Assembly (NCBI GenBank): GCA_942492005.1
Contig: CALOED010000303.1
Span: 9,823 to 73,822, forward strand
Length of the DNA: 64,000 bases
Direction of reading: 5' to 3'
From: an uncultured Saprospiraceae bacterium
Lineage (GTDB): Bacteria > Bacteroidota > Bacteroidia > Chitinophagales > Saprospiraceae
Shown here: positions 42,411 to 50,386 of the stretch, in pieces
Layout: every line of letters starts with the position of its first letter
Position numbering within the stretch: position 1 is the stretch's first letter
Translations under genes and position numbers: made by a program
Notes under the pieces: model-generated
The model's input: the letters and a program-made list of their open reading frames with translations, nothing else
What the model was told of the DNA's origin: nothing
Database searches by the model: none

Positions 42411-42578
42411 TGTTTTAGTGCTTCTGTTGGCAGCCTACTGAGGCGGCTGCCAGTCAGTTTTTATATAAACTTTTTTCGGTTCTCTGAAAATTACTGTGGA
42501 ATGGTCTTTATCTGGTATTTCAATAGGTTTCAATCCATGGGAGAGTAACCACAAAAGTTTTCAAAGAACCCTTCTCTC

Positions 42579-43580
42579 TTACTCATGTTCTTTAATCTGC
42601 ATTTCGAGTTTTCGCATCATAATTTTAGAACCCACAAAAAGCGGTGTCCGTTGATGGATGTCTGTTGGTTTGATTTTCATAATCCGCTGCTTGCCATCCG
42701 AAGCATAACCGCCTGCCTGCTCGGCTAAAAACGCCACAGCCATCGCTTCATACATCAACCTCAATTTGCCTTCGGGCTTTTTACTCGTAGCAGGATACAT
42801 ATAAATACCGCCTTTGAGCAGGTTGCGGTGAAAATCTGCGACCAACGAGCCAATATATCTTGAAATATAGCCTCCAACTCTACAATCACGGATATATTTG
42901 CGAATGTAAGGCGCAACATCTTCAAAAATATAATCATTCATAGAATAGCAAATCCCATCATCGGGCATCGTAATCTCGGGATGAGATAGGAAATATTCGC
43001 CCAAAGAAGGCTCTAGCGTAAATCCATTTACACCAAACCCCGTAGTGTAAACCAACATGGTAGAAGAGCCATATAAAATATAACCCGCAGCCACTTGTTC
43101 TTTTCCCGTTTGTAGAAAATCCACATCCGTAAGCGGTTCGCCAATGGGCGTTTTTCGAGTAAAAATAGAAAAAATAGTACCTACCGAAACATTCACATCT
43201 ATATTAGATGAACCATCCAACGGGTCCATCGCTACGATGTATTTTCCTTTCGGATTATTCAAAATGATAGGTTTTTCATTCTCTTCTGAAAGCACAGCGC
43301 AAGTTTCGCCGCCATTCTCAAAAGCTCGAATAAACCGAATATTGGCCACTACATCGAGTTTTTGTTGCTGCTCGCCTTGCACGTTTTCTTGGCCTGCCCG
43401 ACCTTCTATATCCACCAAACCTGCCCGATTAATCGCACGATTGATGATTTTAGAAGCTAAAGCAATATCTCTCAAAAGTTGCGAGAGTTCGCCCGTAGCG
43501 TGCGGAAATTCTTCTTGTCTTCTAGCAATAAAGCGGTCGAGGGCAGTCCCAACGGGTGCGGAAAGTTTTTCAATAGACAT
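42579..43580 (-). CDS. fbp: class 1 fructose-1,6-bisphosphatase
   Basis: 333 aa with [21 protein letters not shown] and GGIYMYP motifs. Confidence 0.9.
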   Translation of the reverse strand: MSIEKLSAPVGTALDRFIARRQEEFPHATGELSQLLRDIALASKIINRAINRAGLVDIEGRAGQENVQGEQQQKLDVVANIRFIRAFENGGETCAVLSEENEKPIILNNPKGKYIVAMDPLDGSSNIDVNVSVGTIFSIFTRKTPIGEPLTDVDFLQTGKEQVAAGYILYGSSTMLVYTTGFGVNGFTLEPSLGEYFLSHPEITMPDDGICYSMNDYIFEDVAPYIRKYIRDCRVGGYISRYIGSLVADFHRNLLKGGIYMYPATSKKPEGKLRLMYEAMAVAFLAEQAGGYASDGKQRIMKIKPTDIHQRTPLFVGSKIMMRKLEMQIKEHE

Positions 43581-43884
43581 GGTATAAAAGTTATCAGTAC
43601 GTGGATTGAGAAATTGTTAAAATATTTGTAATAATTAAATCATTGAAAACAAAAAATCAATCATATTACTATTTTTAATAAGGTCTTAAATCTACTTAAA
43701 TAATTAATCAAATTCAAAACTGTTTTAGAAATAGAGATGGCTACTAAGTAACTCTCGTTATGCAATGGGAACGCTGATGCCGCTGATTTGCTAAAGCAAA
43801 TTCACAGATAAGCGCAGATTAGATAAGTTGGGGAGGTTAAAATCGAGGAAGCGACAAAATGAGATGCGCCCGGTAAGTTTATAA

Positions 43885-44061
43885 TCAGCTTCATTTAGTA
43901 TGGTTTCACTCAATATGGTGCAATACTTACTAGGACATCAATCTATTAAAACCACACCAATATATTTACATATCTCCGATAAAATGAGAAAAAATATTCA
44001 AAGCCTGCTTGATAGTTTAAATATTAAATTTATCTTTAACAACGTATCGCATTTTCAATGA
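43885..44061 (+). pseudogene. C-terminal remnant of a tyrosine recombinase/integrase
   Basis: My translation is ...SFSMVSLNMVQYLLGHQSIKTTPIYLHISDKMRKNIQSLLDSL.... The LLGH-x-S-x-x-TT-x-IY-x-H block holds the catalytic Tyr. The rest of the enzyme is missing and upstream frames are full of stops. Confidence 0.55.
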
Positions 44062-44321
44062 AATGCAAAGTGCGGAACCCCCTGGCGGGATATAGGTCAG
44101 TTTTGGTTTATGTCTCGACGTTCGACACCACCATTCCGCCAGAGGTCGAAACCATAAAATCCAAAATCTGCTATGCGCTAGAATTTTGAATTTATATTTG
44201 GCAGTATCGAACAATTCTAACATCGTCCATGCTTCGGCGAAAGCCTCGCACGGCGTTGTTGAACGTCCATTATGCACAATTAAAAAGAGACAACATGTTA
44301 AAGATTAAAAAAGACTGTACA

Positions 44322-45209
44322 ATGAAAAAATCAATTTTGTTTTTTGCTATTCTATTAATAACCCTGAGTAGTTGTAGAGAAGATGATAAAAATAATTCAG
44401 AGAGTTGCTATTCAAATACTAATGCACAGACCATAGTTCATGACGGTATCAATAGAGAGTATGTATTGTACATACCTAACTCATATGATGAGACATCTAC
44501 TGTTCCACTAATGCTGAATTTTCATGGTTTTGGTGGTAGTGCAAGTGATTACATGCAAGAAGCAGATATGCGCTCATTGGCAGAAGCTGATACTTTTATT
44601 TTAGTCTATCCTCAGGGTAGCTGTTTGGACGGTTCATCTCATTGGAATGCTTGTCTAAATGGTGGAGATAATAAAAGTGATGCTGATGATTTTGGTTTTG
44701 TTGAATCAATGATTAATGAGATTTCATCGCAATACAATATAGATATGGAAAGAATTTATGCTGCTGGATACTCAAACGGTGGTATGATGGCATATGGACT
44801 TGCGAACTATAAGAGTGATTTAATTGCTGCGGTAGCATCTGTTTCGGGAGTAATGTTAGATTGTACTGGACCTACAACTCATCCAATGCCGGTAGTGCAT
44901 CTTCACGGAACCTCTGATGGCGTTCTACCATATAATGGAGGTAATGGCTGGAACTCTGCACAAAGAACAATAGACCATTGGATTAATTTCAATAACACGA
45001 CTACAAATCCAACTGTAAGCAGCGACAATAGTGGAGGAATGACAATTGAACATTATGTATATGACCAAGGTGATAGTTTAGTGTCTGTGGAACATTACAA
45101 ATATATTGGAGGAGACCACATTTGGTTTAATTCAACTTTTCAAAGTCAAAGTACATCTGAATTAGTTTGGAATTTTGTATCACGATATGACATTAATGGA
45201 TTGAGATAA
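44322..45209 (+). CDS. secreted alpha/beta-hydrolase, PHB-depolymerase/LpqC-type esterase (lipoprotein)
   Basis: The start is taken at MKKSILFFAILLITLSSC (a lipobox) rather than 44229. It has an HGFGGSA oxyanion region and the nucleophile elbow GYSNGG. Confidence 0.75.
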   Translation: MKKSILFFAILLITLSSCREDDKNNSESCYSNTNAQTIVHDGINREYVLYIPNSYDETSTVPLMLNFHGFGGSASDYMQEADMRSLAEADTFILVYPQGSCLDGSSHWNACLNGGDNKSDADDFGFVESMINEISSQYNIDMERIYAAGYSNGGMMAYGLANYKSDLIAAVASVSGVMLDCTGPTTHPMPVVHLHGTSDGVLPYNGGNGWNSAQRTIDHWINFNNTTTNPTVSSDNSGGMTIEHYVYDQGDSLVSVEHYKYIGGDHIWFNSTFQSQSTSELVWNFVSRYDINGLR

Positions 45210-45228
45210 ATAAAAAAAAAAAAAAAGT

Positions 45229-45295
45229 GCATAACAATGTGTATGTGTTCATAGCCAGCAAAAGCTGGCAACGCCACATACACCAAACGTTGGCA
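45229..45295 (+). other. attC-like imperfect palindrome (67 bp)
   Basis: GCATAAC-AAT-GTGTATGTG-[..GCCAGC AAAA GCTGGC..]-CACATACAC-CAAAC-GTTGGCA. It has no T-run and lies 20 nt after the esterase stop, preceded by an A15 tract. Confidence 0.5.
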
Positions 45296-45554
45296 GCAAG
45301 CAAAAAATAATATGAAACATCCCAAATTAGAGTAGATAAGACCTTATTAATAACCTTTATTTACAAAAAGAATTATAGACTAAAAATTAGCTTTTGATTT
45401 TAGACGAGGCAGCTTCGAAATAAATAACTTTGACTATTTGTCTCGAAACTAACAAGATATAAAATTGAAAAATATTTTTGCAGTAATATTAATTTTTGTG
45501 AATAAAGACTAATAGAAAAAACAATATCTTCTAAAGATTTAAACAAATGAAATA

Positions 45555-46214
45555 ATGAAACTCAAAACACCTACAAAACAATTTATCGAAGAAATATTAT
45601 CAGAACATGATAAAGATGGAGGAAATATCAACAATGTTCCACTAAAAAAACTATTTGATGAATTTATTAGTCAAACAGATTTAGGAGAAGTTCGTCTTAA
45701 AGTTGCAGCTTTAAACAAATTATATTCAACTTCAATACAAAATATTGAACCTGTAGTTGAAAAAATAGTTGAAGTCTCTGAAAACTTTAATCCTCATAAT
45801 GTGGATGAATATCTCAAATTTATTGATGATATAGCTACCACAAATAAATGGATAACGAAAAAAGGCAAAGAAAAGCAAATAACTAATTTATCTTTTGCAT
45901 CTAAATATGTTCATTTTATGAGCAACTACAAAACACCAATATACGATAGTTATATCTGGATTCTCTTAAAAGGATATTTAGGACAAATGAAGAAAGAGAA
46001 ATTTACAAAAACGAAGCCCGAAAACTATATGGATTTTTATCGTAAATTTGATATGTTTCAAGAAGAGTTCAAATTAAAGTCTTTATCTATTTATGACATA
46101 GATAAATTTCTTTGGAAATATTGTAGAAAAATGCTGGCAGAAATAGAATCTAAAAACAATGTTGATTTGAACAAAGCAAAATCAATACTTTGGGAGCAAA
46201 TAAAAGCTCAGTAA
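45555..46214 (+). CDS. hypothetical protein (possible HhH/OGG-fold-like motif SFASKYVHF...PIYDS, weak)
   Basis: 219-aa ORF in the AT-rich island. The family guess is from memory of OGG-fold proteins seen in accessory regions and is not verified. Confidence 0.5.
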   Translation: MKLKTPTKQFIEEILSEHDKDGGNINNVPLKKLFDEFISQTDLGEVRLKVAALNKLYSTSIQNIEPVVEKIVEVSENFNPHNVDEYLKFIDDIATTNKWITKKGKEKQITNLSFASKYVHFMSNYKTPIYDSYIWILLKGYLGQMKKEKFTKTKPENYMDFYRKFDMFQEEFKLKSLSIYDIDKFLWKYCRKMLAEIESKNNVDLNKAKSILWEQIKAQ

Positions 46215-46278
46215 ATTATGAAAACTACATGGGAAAGTAATATTAAGTATGAAATAAAGAGCCTGCTGCCAACAAAAG

Positions 46279-46544
46279 CAGTTACTATGTAAAAACCAAA
46301 TAAAAGAGCCAAAAACATTAAAAAAAGTAAAATATATAACTTAAAAAGTGAATGATATAAAAATCCCATTACGTAGAGCGTTGGGTTCTATCGTTGAAAG
46401 TAAAAAAGCTAGCAGTTGATACGGTTTTTTTACGCTTTTAAAAACGGCTGCTTTGGGAAGTGATGGGCCGCAAAAAAAAGCAAGTATTAACAAAGATTTC
46501 TAACGTCTTTTACACAGAAAAGACTAGGATCCCCTATATGGTGG
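46279..46544 (+). repeat. 266-bp direct repeat, copy A
   Basis: Near-identical by eye (a handful of mismatches) to 48235..48500. It contains GTTGGGT at 46379-46385 and the start of a small ORF, MGRKKKQVLTKISNVFYTEKTRI. Confidence 0.9.
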
Positions 46545-46659
46545 CGATTTCTATTCGATACCAAGTTTTTGGGAAGGTTTAGTGGAACATGAATTATTTG
46601 ACCCACATCACCCTAATTGGAATGGAAGACCTTTTTACTAAAAGGAGATAATTTCGGGC

Positions 46660-47001
46660 ATGATGGATTTAATTGCGGCTTATATACGCTATACTCATGC
46701 AATTGGTGAAAACAATTTTGCAAACCATATTATGAAGTATCTTGGTATTTTAATACGAGTTACTCCATTTGCGACTGACGGAATAGGAAATGATAAACTT
46801 AATGGCTATATCGCAAGAAGGACAAATAAGTATATAGCAATGCTTTACGATGGAGTTCTTGAACACTATCTTGATGTATTCGACCTTAAAGACATAGCAA
46901 TTAAATCTTCAAAAAGAGGACATTCGATAGCAGAAACAGATGTCATTGCAATTCGAGAAAATATTAGATTAAGAAAACATCTATTTGAAGCAATGACTTA
47001 A
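46660..47001 (+). CDS. hypothetical protein
   Basis: 113-aa ORF. No motif recognised. Confidence 0.45.
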   Translation: MMDLIAAYIRYTHAIGENNFANHIMKYLGILIRVTPFATDGIGNDKLNGYIARRTNKYIAMLYDGVLEHYLDVFDLKDIAIKSSKRGHSIAETDVIAIRENIRLRKHLFEAMT

Positions 47002-47071
47002 TTCCAAATATCGTGATTAAGTTCTGTATATACGTTAGGTTTTCCCTTTTGAAAAATGTAAATTTGTTTTA

Positions 47072-47617
47072 GTGAAAAGACTTGATTTAGACATATTAAA
47101 AACAGGTATTCCAATTATTTCTAAGAAAATTGGAGCATTTTTGGCAGAAGCAGCAGCAATATGTCTGCATATGAACGGTTATAAATCGGGTGTAAAACTG
47201 AGAGTTGAGGGTGAAGTCAAAGATACTTTGATAATTGAATGGAACGATAAAATTACTGATGATGTTTTAAGTAGTTGGAATGATACACGAGAAGCAACAG
47301 AATTTGGAGCAACTGCGTTAGCTCTTTTGTTGTTGTTAGAATACACAAATTACACCTATTTCATAAGAGCTTTTCAAGGTACAGGAATAGACTATTGGTT
47401 AGGAAAAGGAAAATATACAGGAGAAGTATTACCAACAGAAGATAGAAAAGGACGATTAGAAATATCAGGTATTCTGAAACAAACTAAGGGAAATACTATT
47501 AATATGCGGATTAACCAAAAGAAAAAGCAGTCTAAACAAACGGATGATACAGAATTACCTGTTTATATTGTTGTGGTAGAATTTAGTCAACCTAAAGCTA
47601 AAATCATTAAGAAATGA
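47072..47617 (+). CDS. hypothetical protein, weak PD-(D/E)xK (Mrr/DUF4365-like) pattern
   Basis: 181 aa with a GTG start. The pattern E77 (TEFGATALALL), D107 (GTGIDYWL), E130 (RLEISGILK) is reminiscent of a restriction-endonuclease fold but lacks the canonical ExK lysine. The stop overlaps the next start (ATGA). Confidence 0.5.
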   Translation: MKRLDLDILKTGIPIISKKIGAFLAEAAAICLHMNGYKSGVKLRVEGEVKDTLIIEWNDKITDDVLSSWNDTREATEFGATALALLLLLEYTNYTYFIRAFQGTGIDYWLGKGKYTGEVLPTEDRKGRLEISGILKQTKGNTINMRINQKKKQSKQTDDTELPVYIVVVEFSQPKAKIIKK

Positions 47618-48177
47618 ATGTAATTAATATCATACATAATAAAGCAATTGAATTTGCGGATGAAGCAATCATAGCTAAACATAAAGGTAATCCTTCTACC
47701 GTTAAAGAATTGTATCTAAAAGCGTTTCAATTGGAAAAGGAAGCTGCTCTTTATGCACCTTTAGACAATGAAGATACAACACCAAGACATATTTTAATCC
47801 GAAGTGCGGCTTCCTTAGCTATGTTAAGTGAGCAGTTTGAAGAAGCAGAAAAACTGATAACTTTAGGTTTATCAAGTTCACCACCAAAATTTATTGAAAA
47901 AGAATTATTAACCTTAGCGAAAGAGGTAAAAAACCGAAAGGCAAATTACCTTAAAACCAATTTTATTCAAGTAGTTGGTTTGTTCACTTATGCAAACGCC
48001 AATGAAAACGAAATTAAAATTCAAGATAATAATCTTCCTTTCCTACATACTTTAATTGCACCTGCTAAACAAATTAAAATGCTTGTCAAAGAATATTTCT
48101 TAGAAAAAGTAAATGTAAAAGCGAGTGTTTCTTCTAATGGAATTTTACTGATGAAAGAAATGACAAAAATTCCTTAA
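47614..48177 (+). CDS. hypothetical protein, helical-repeat N-terminal half plus beta-rich C-terminal half
   Basis: 187 aa. It overlaps the previous gene by 4 nt, which suggests translational coupling. Confidence 0.5.
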   Translation: MNVINIIHNKAIEFADEAIIAKHKGNPSTVKELYLKAFQLEKEAALYAPLDNEDTTPRHILIRSAASLAMLSEQFEEAEKLITLGLSSSPPKFIEKELLTLAKEVKNRKANYLKTNFIQVVGLFTYANANENEIKIQDNNLPFLHTLIAPAKQIKMLVKEYFLEKVNVKASVSSNGILLMKEMTKIP

Positions 48178-48234
48178 CCGAAAAACCGTTTCAGATACAC
48201 AGATAAAATAATAAAAAAGCAACAGCCACAAAAA

Positions 48235-48500
48235 CAGTTACTATGTAATAACCAAATAAAAGAGCAAAAAACATTAAAAAAAGTAAAATGTATAACTTAA
48301 AAAGTGAATGATATAAAAATCCCATTACTTAGAGCGTTGGGTTCTATCGTTGAAAGTAAAAAAGCTAGAGGTTGATAGGGTTTTTTTACGCTTTTAAAAA
48401 CGGCTGCTTTGGGAAGTGATGGGCCGCAAAAAAAAGCAAGTATTAACAAAGATTTCTAACGTCTTTTACACAGAAAAGACTAGGATTTCCCTATATGGTG
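48235..48500 (+). repeat. 266-bp direct repeat, copy B
   Basis: Matches 46279..46544. GTTGGGT lies at 48336-48342. The small ORF with the same first 23-24 codons continues into different sequence. Confidence 0.9.
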
Positions 48501-48515
48501 CGATAATTACAAATC

Positions 48516-48602
48516 GTTCAACTCGCCTCCTTACGCCATCCGTGAAAATCGTGCGGTGGTCGGAATTGGTGGCGATGGCGTAGGGAGGCTTAGATGTTGG
48601 GT
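48516..48602 (+). other. attC-like imperfect palindrome (87 bp)
   Basis: GTTCAAC (fits RYYYAAC), then GCCTCCTTACGCCATC (48525-48540), a 33-nt loop, GATGGCGTAGGGAGGC (48574-48589, 15/16 complementary), TTAGAT, and GTTGGGT (fits GTTRRRY). There is no T-run. Confidence 0.55.
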
Positions 48603-48635
48603 GCTATTAGAAAAAATAAACAGAAAAACTAAGGA

Positions 48636-49460
48636 ATGTACAATCCTACTCATATATATTATATGAACACTATTCAATGTAATCAAAAATGCACTAAGTG
48701 TTCACATTGGAAATATAAAGACAACGCAGAAAGACTTCCAACAAGTAAAGTTGTCAAAGGAATTTTATCTATTCCAAATGCACAAGAATTATGTATTGTT
48801 GGAGGTGAACCTTTACTTTTCAAAAATGAGATTTATGAAATTTTAAAAGGTATATCGGAAACTCAAATAAGAACCGTAATAATTACAAACGGAGTTCCAA
48901 TGGACAAAGTATTCATAAATGAGGTGTCAAAATATAATGTCCATATTGTTGTTTCGATAGATACAATGGATAGAGACTTTTGGAAGTTTGTACGAGGTAC
49001 AAATTCTTATGATAAGGTTTTTCAAAATCTTGAATATGCGATAAATAATCTTGATAGACCTCAAATTAGTGTTCAGTCAGTTTTATCAAAGGAAACTGAA
49101 CCACATATGAAAGCTGTTGGAGAGTACGCTCAAGAGAAAGGTATTTACCATTCAATCCAAGATTATATTACTGAAGGCTTTGAAGGGAGTTGGACACCAA
49201 AGGAGCATAAAAAAGCATTTGTTCCAATTTTGGAGCAGCAATGTTATGCAGCAGGTAGAAATTTGTCTATTGTTCAGAATGGCGATGTTTATACTTGTTT
49301 TCAGCAAAATTGGATAAAAGACTGTAAAAAACCATTAGGCAATTTAAATTCAATGGAAATGACAGATATTCTCTCTTCTGATTATGCGGAAGTAGTAAGT
49401 GCAAAAATGAGAATATGTAATCTTCCTTGTAAAGTTTTAAAATGTAACACAAAGAACTGA
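48636..49460 (+). CDS. radical SAM protein with C-terminal twitch/SPASM-like Cys domain
   Basis: 274 aa with CNQKCTKC (C15, C19, C22) and GGEPLL. The C-terminal CYAAGRNLSIVQNGDVYTC fits C-x12-G-x4-C, followed by ICNLPCKVLKC. Confidence 0.8.
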   Translation: MYNPTHIYYMNTIQCNQKCTKCSHWKYKDNAERLPTSKVVKGILSIPNAQELCIVGGEPLLFKNEIYEILKGISETQIRTVIITNGVPMDKVFINEVSKYNVHIVVSIDTMDRDFWKFVRGTNSYDKVFQNLEYAINNLDRPQISVQSVLSKETEPHMKAVGEYAQEKGIYHSIQDYITEGFEGSWTPKEHKKAFVPILEQQCYAAGRNLSIVQNGDVYTCFQQNWIKDCKKPLGNLNSMEMTDILSSDYAEVVSAKMRICNLPCKVLKCNTKN

Positions 49461-50386
49461 TGAAATTTGAAGAAGTCATAGTCGAGTTAAGTTATAATTG
49501 TAATCTAAGCTGTACGATGTGCGGATTTGGTAAACACGTCAATCCATTCCACAAAAGTAAATTTTTGCCTTTTGAAAGCTATAAAGAAATTTTAGAGCAG
49601 ATAGGGGGAATTTCTAATACAATTCGATTGAATGGAAGAGGGGAAAGTACAATTCACCCAGATTTCAAGGAGATTTTAGATTACACGAAAAAGCGATTTC
49701 CGCAACTAAATATAAATTTATTTTCAAATATGTCATTTGGGAATGATAAAATATTGCAGAGTTTGATTAAAAACGATGTTCAGTTATTTATCTCAATGGA
49801 TAGTGCTAACAAACAGAATTTAGTTGCTATAAGACGAGGAGCTAAATTTGAGGATATCGTCAATAATATTAAAAAACTTAAATCTCTTTCAAAACGTCCA
49901 TTTATAATATTCACCATTCAAGAAGAGAATTTATTTGAAATTGCTGAGATTGCTAAATTTGCATTTGAAAGTAATTGTCACATATTATTCAATACGATAA
50001 GACGTGACAAGGGAATTGAGGTATTTGTAAAACTTGTTGAAGATAATAAGGGAAAAATCAAACAACAGTTTAATCAAGTAGCAGAATTGTATAACGATAG
50101 TAATTTACAATATCATCTCCCAGACCAATTGGCAGGAATTACTCTAAATTCAGAATATGCCAAGCAAACTCACGGAAGTATGAAAAATTGCCCAATACTG
50201 GACAGAGAACTTTGCATATTGTTTGATGGTACAGTTACTCCTTGTAATATGTTCAATCCATATATATATGGTAACATAAAAGAGCAAGGTTTGAAAGAGA
50301 TTTGGGAAGGAAGTAAAAGAAAAGATTTTTTAACATCACACAAGTATCACTACTACTGTAATAATTGTGCAAACCTTGGGATGTAA
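49460..50386 (+). CDS. radical SAM/SPASM domain protein
   Basis: 308 aa with CNLSCTMC (C14, C18, C21). The C-terminus CPILDRELCILFDGTVTPCN...YGNI...CNNC is SPASM-like. The start overlaps the previous stop (TGATG). Confidence 0.8.
   Translation: MKFEEVIVELSYNCNLSCTMCGFGKHVNPFHKSKFLPFESYKEILEQIGGISNTIRLNGRGESTIHPDFKEILDYTKKRFPQLNINLFSNMSFGNDKILQSLIKNDVQLFISMDSANKQNLVAIRRGAKFEDIVNNIKKLKSLSKRPFIIFTIQEENLFEIAEIAKFAFESNCHILFNTIRRDKGIEVFVKLVEDNKGKIKQQFNQVAELYNDSNLQYHLPDQLAGITLNSEYAKQTHGSMKNCPILDRELCILFDGTVTPCNMFNPYIYGNIKEQGLKEIWEGSKRKDFLTSHKYHYYCNNCANLGM

Noticed and set aside
42526-42539. GGTTTCAATCCATG 14-mer, reminiscent of CRISPR repeat ends. It recurs inverted at 54521-54534 and degenerately near 34600. 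GCTAGAATAGCAAA similarly occurs at both 8287 and 15407.
   Set aside because: By my estimate, several exact 14-mer coincidences are expected by chance among all position pairs in a 64-kb AT-rich window. There is no array structure around them.
44017-44277. 86-aa minus-strand ORF in the spacer after the recombinase remnant
   Set aside because: It has no recognisable motif and is Trp/Arg/Cys-rich. It overlaps palindromic non-coding-looking sequence and is oriented against every other gene of the island.
46996-47040. ACTTAAT-N13-ATTAAGT hairpin followed by GTTAGGT as an attC between the 113-aa ORF and the two-gene module
   Set aside because: No RYYYAAC partner lies upstream, and the stem is only 7 bp. 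I cannot distinguish it from chance, so these three ORFs are treated as one putative cassette.
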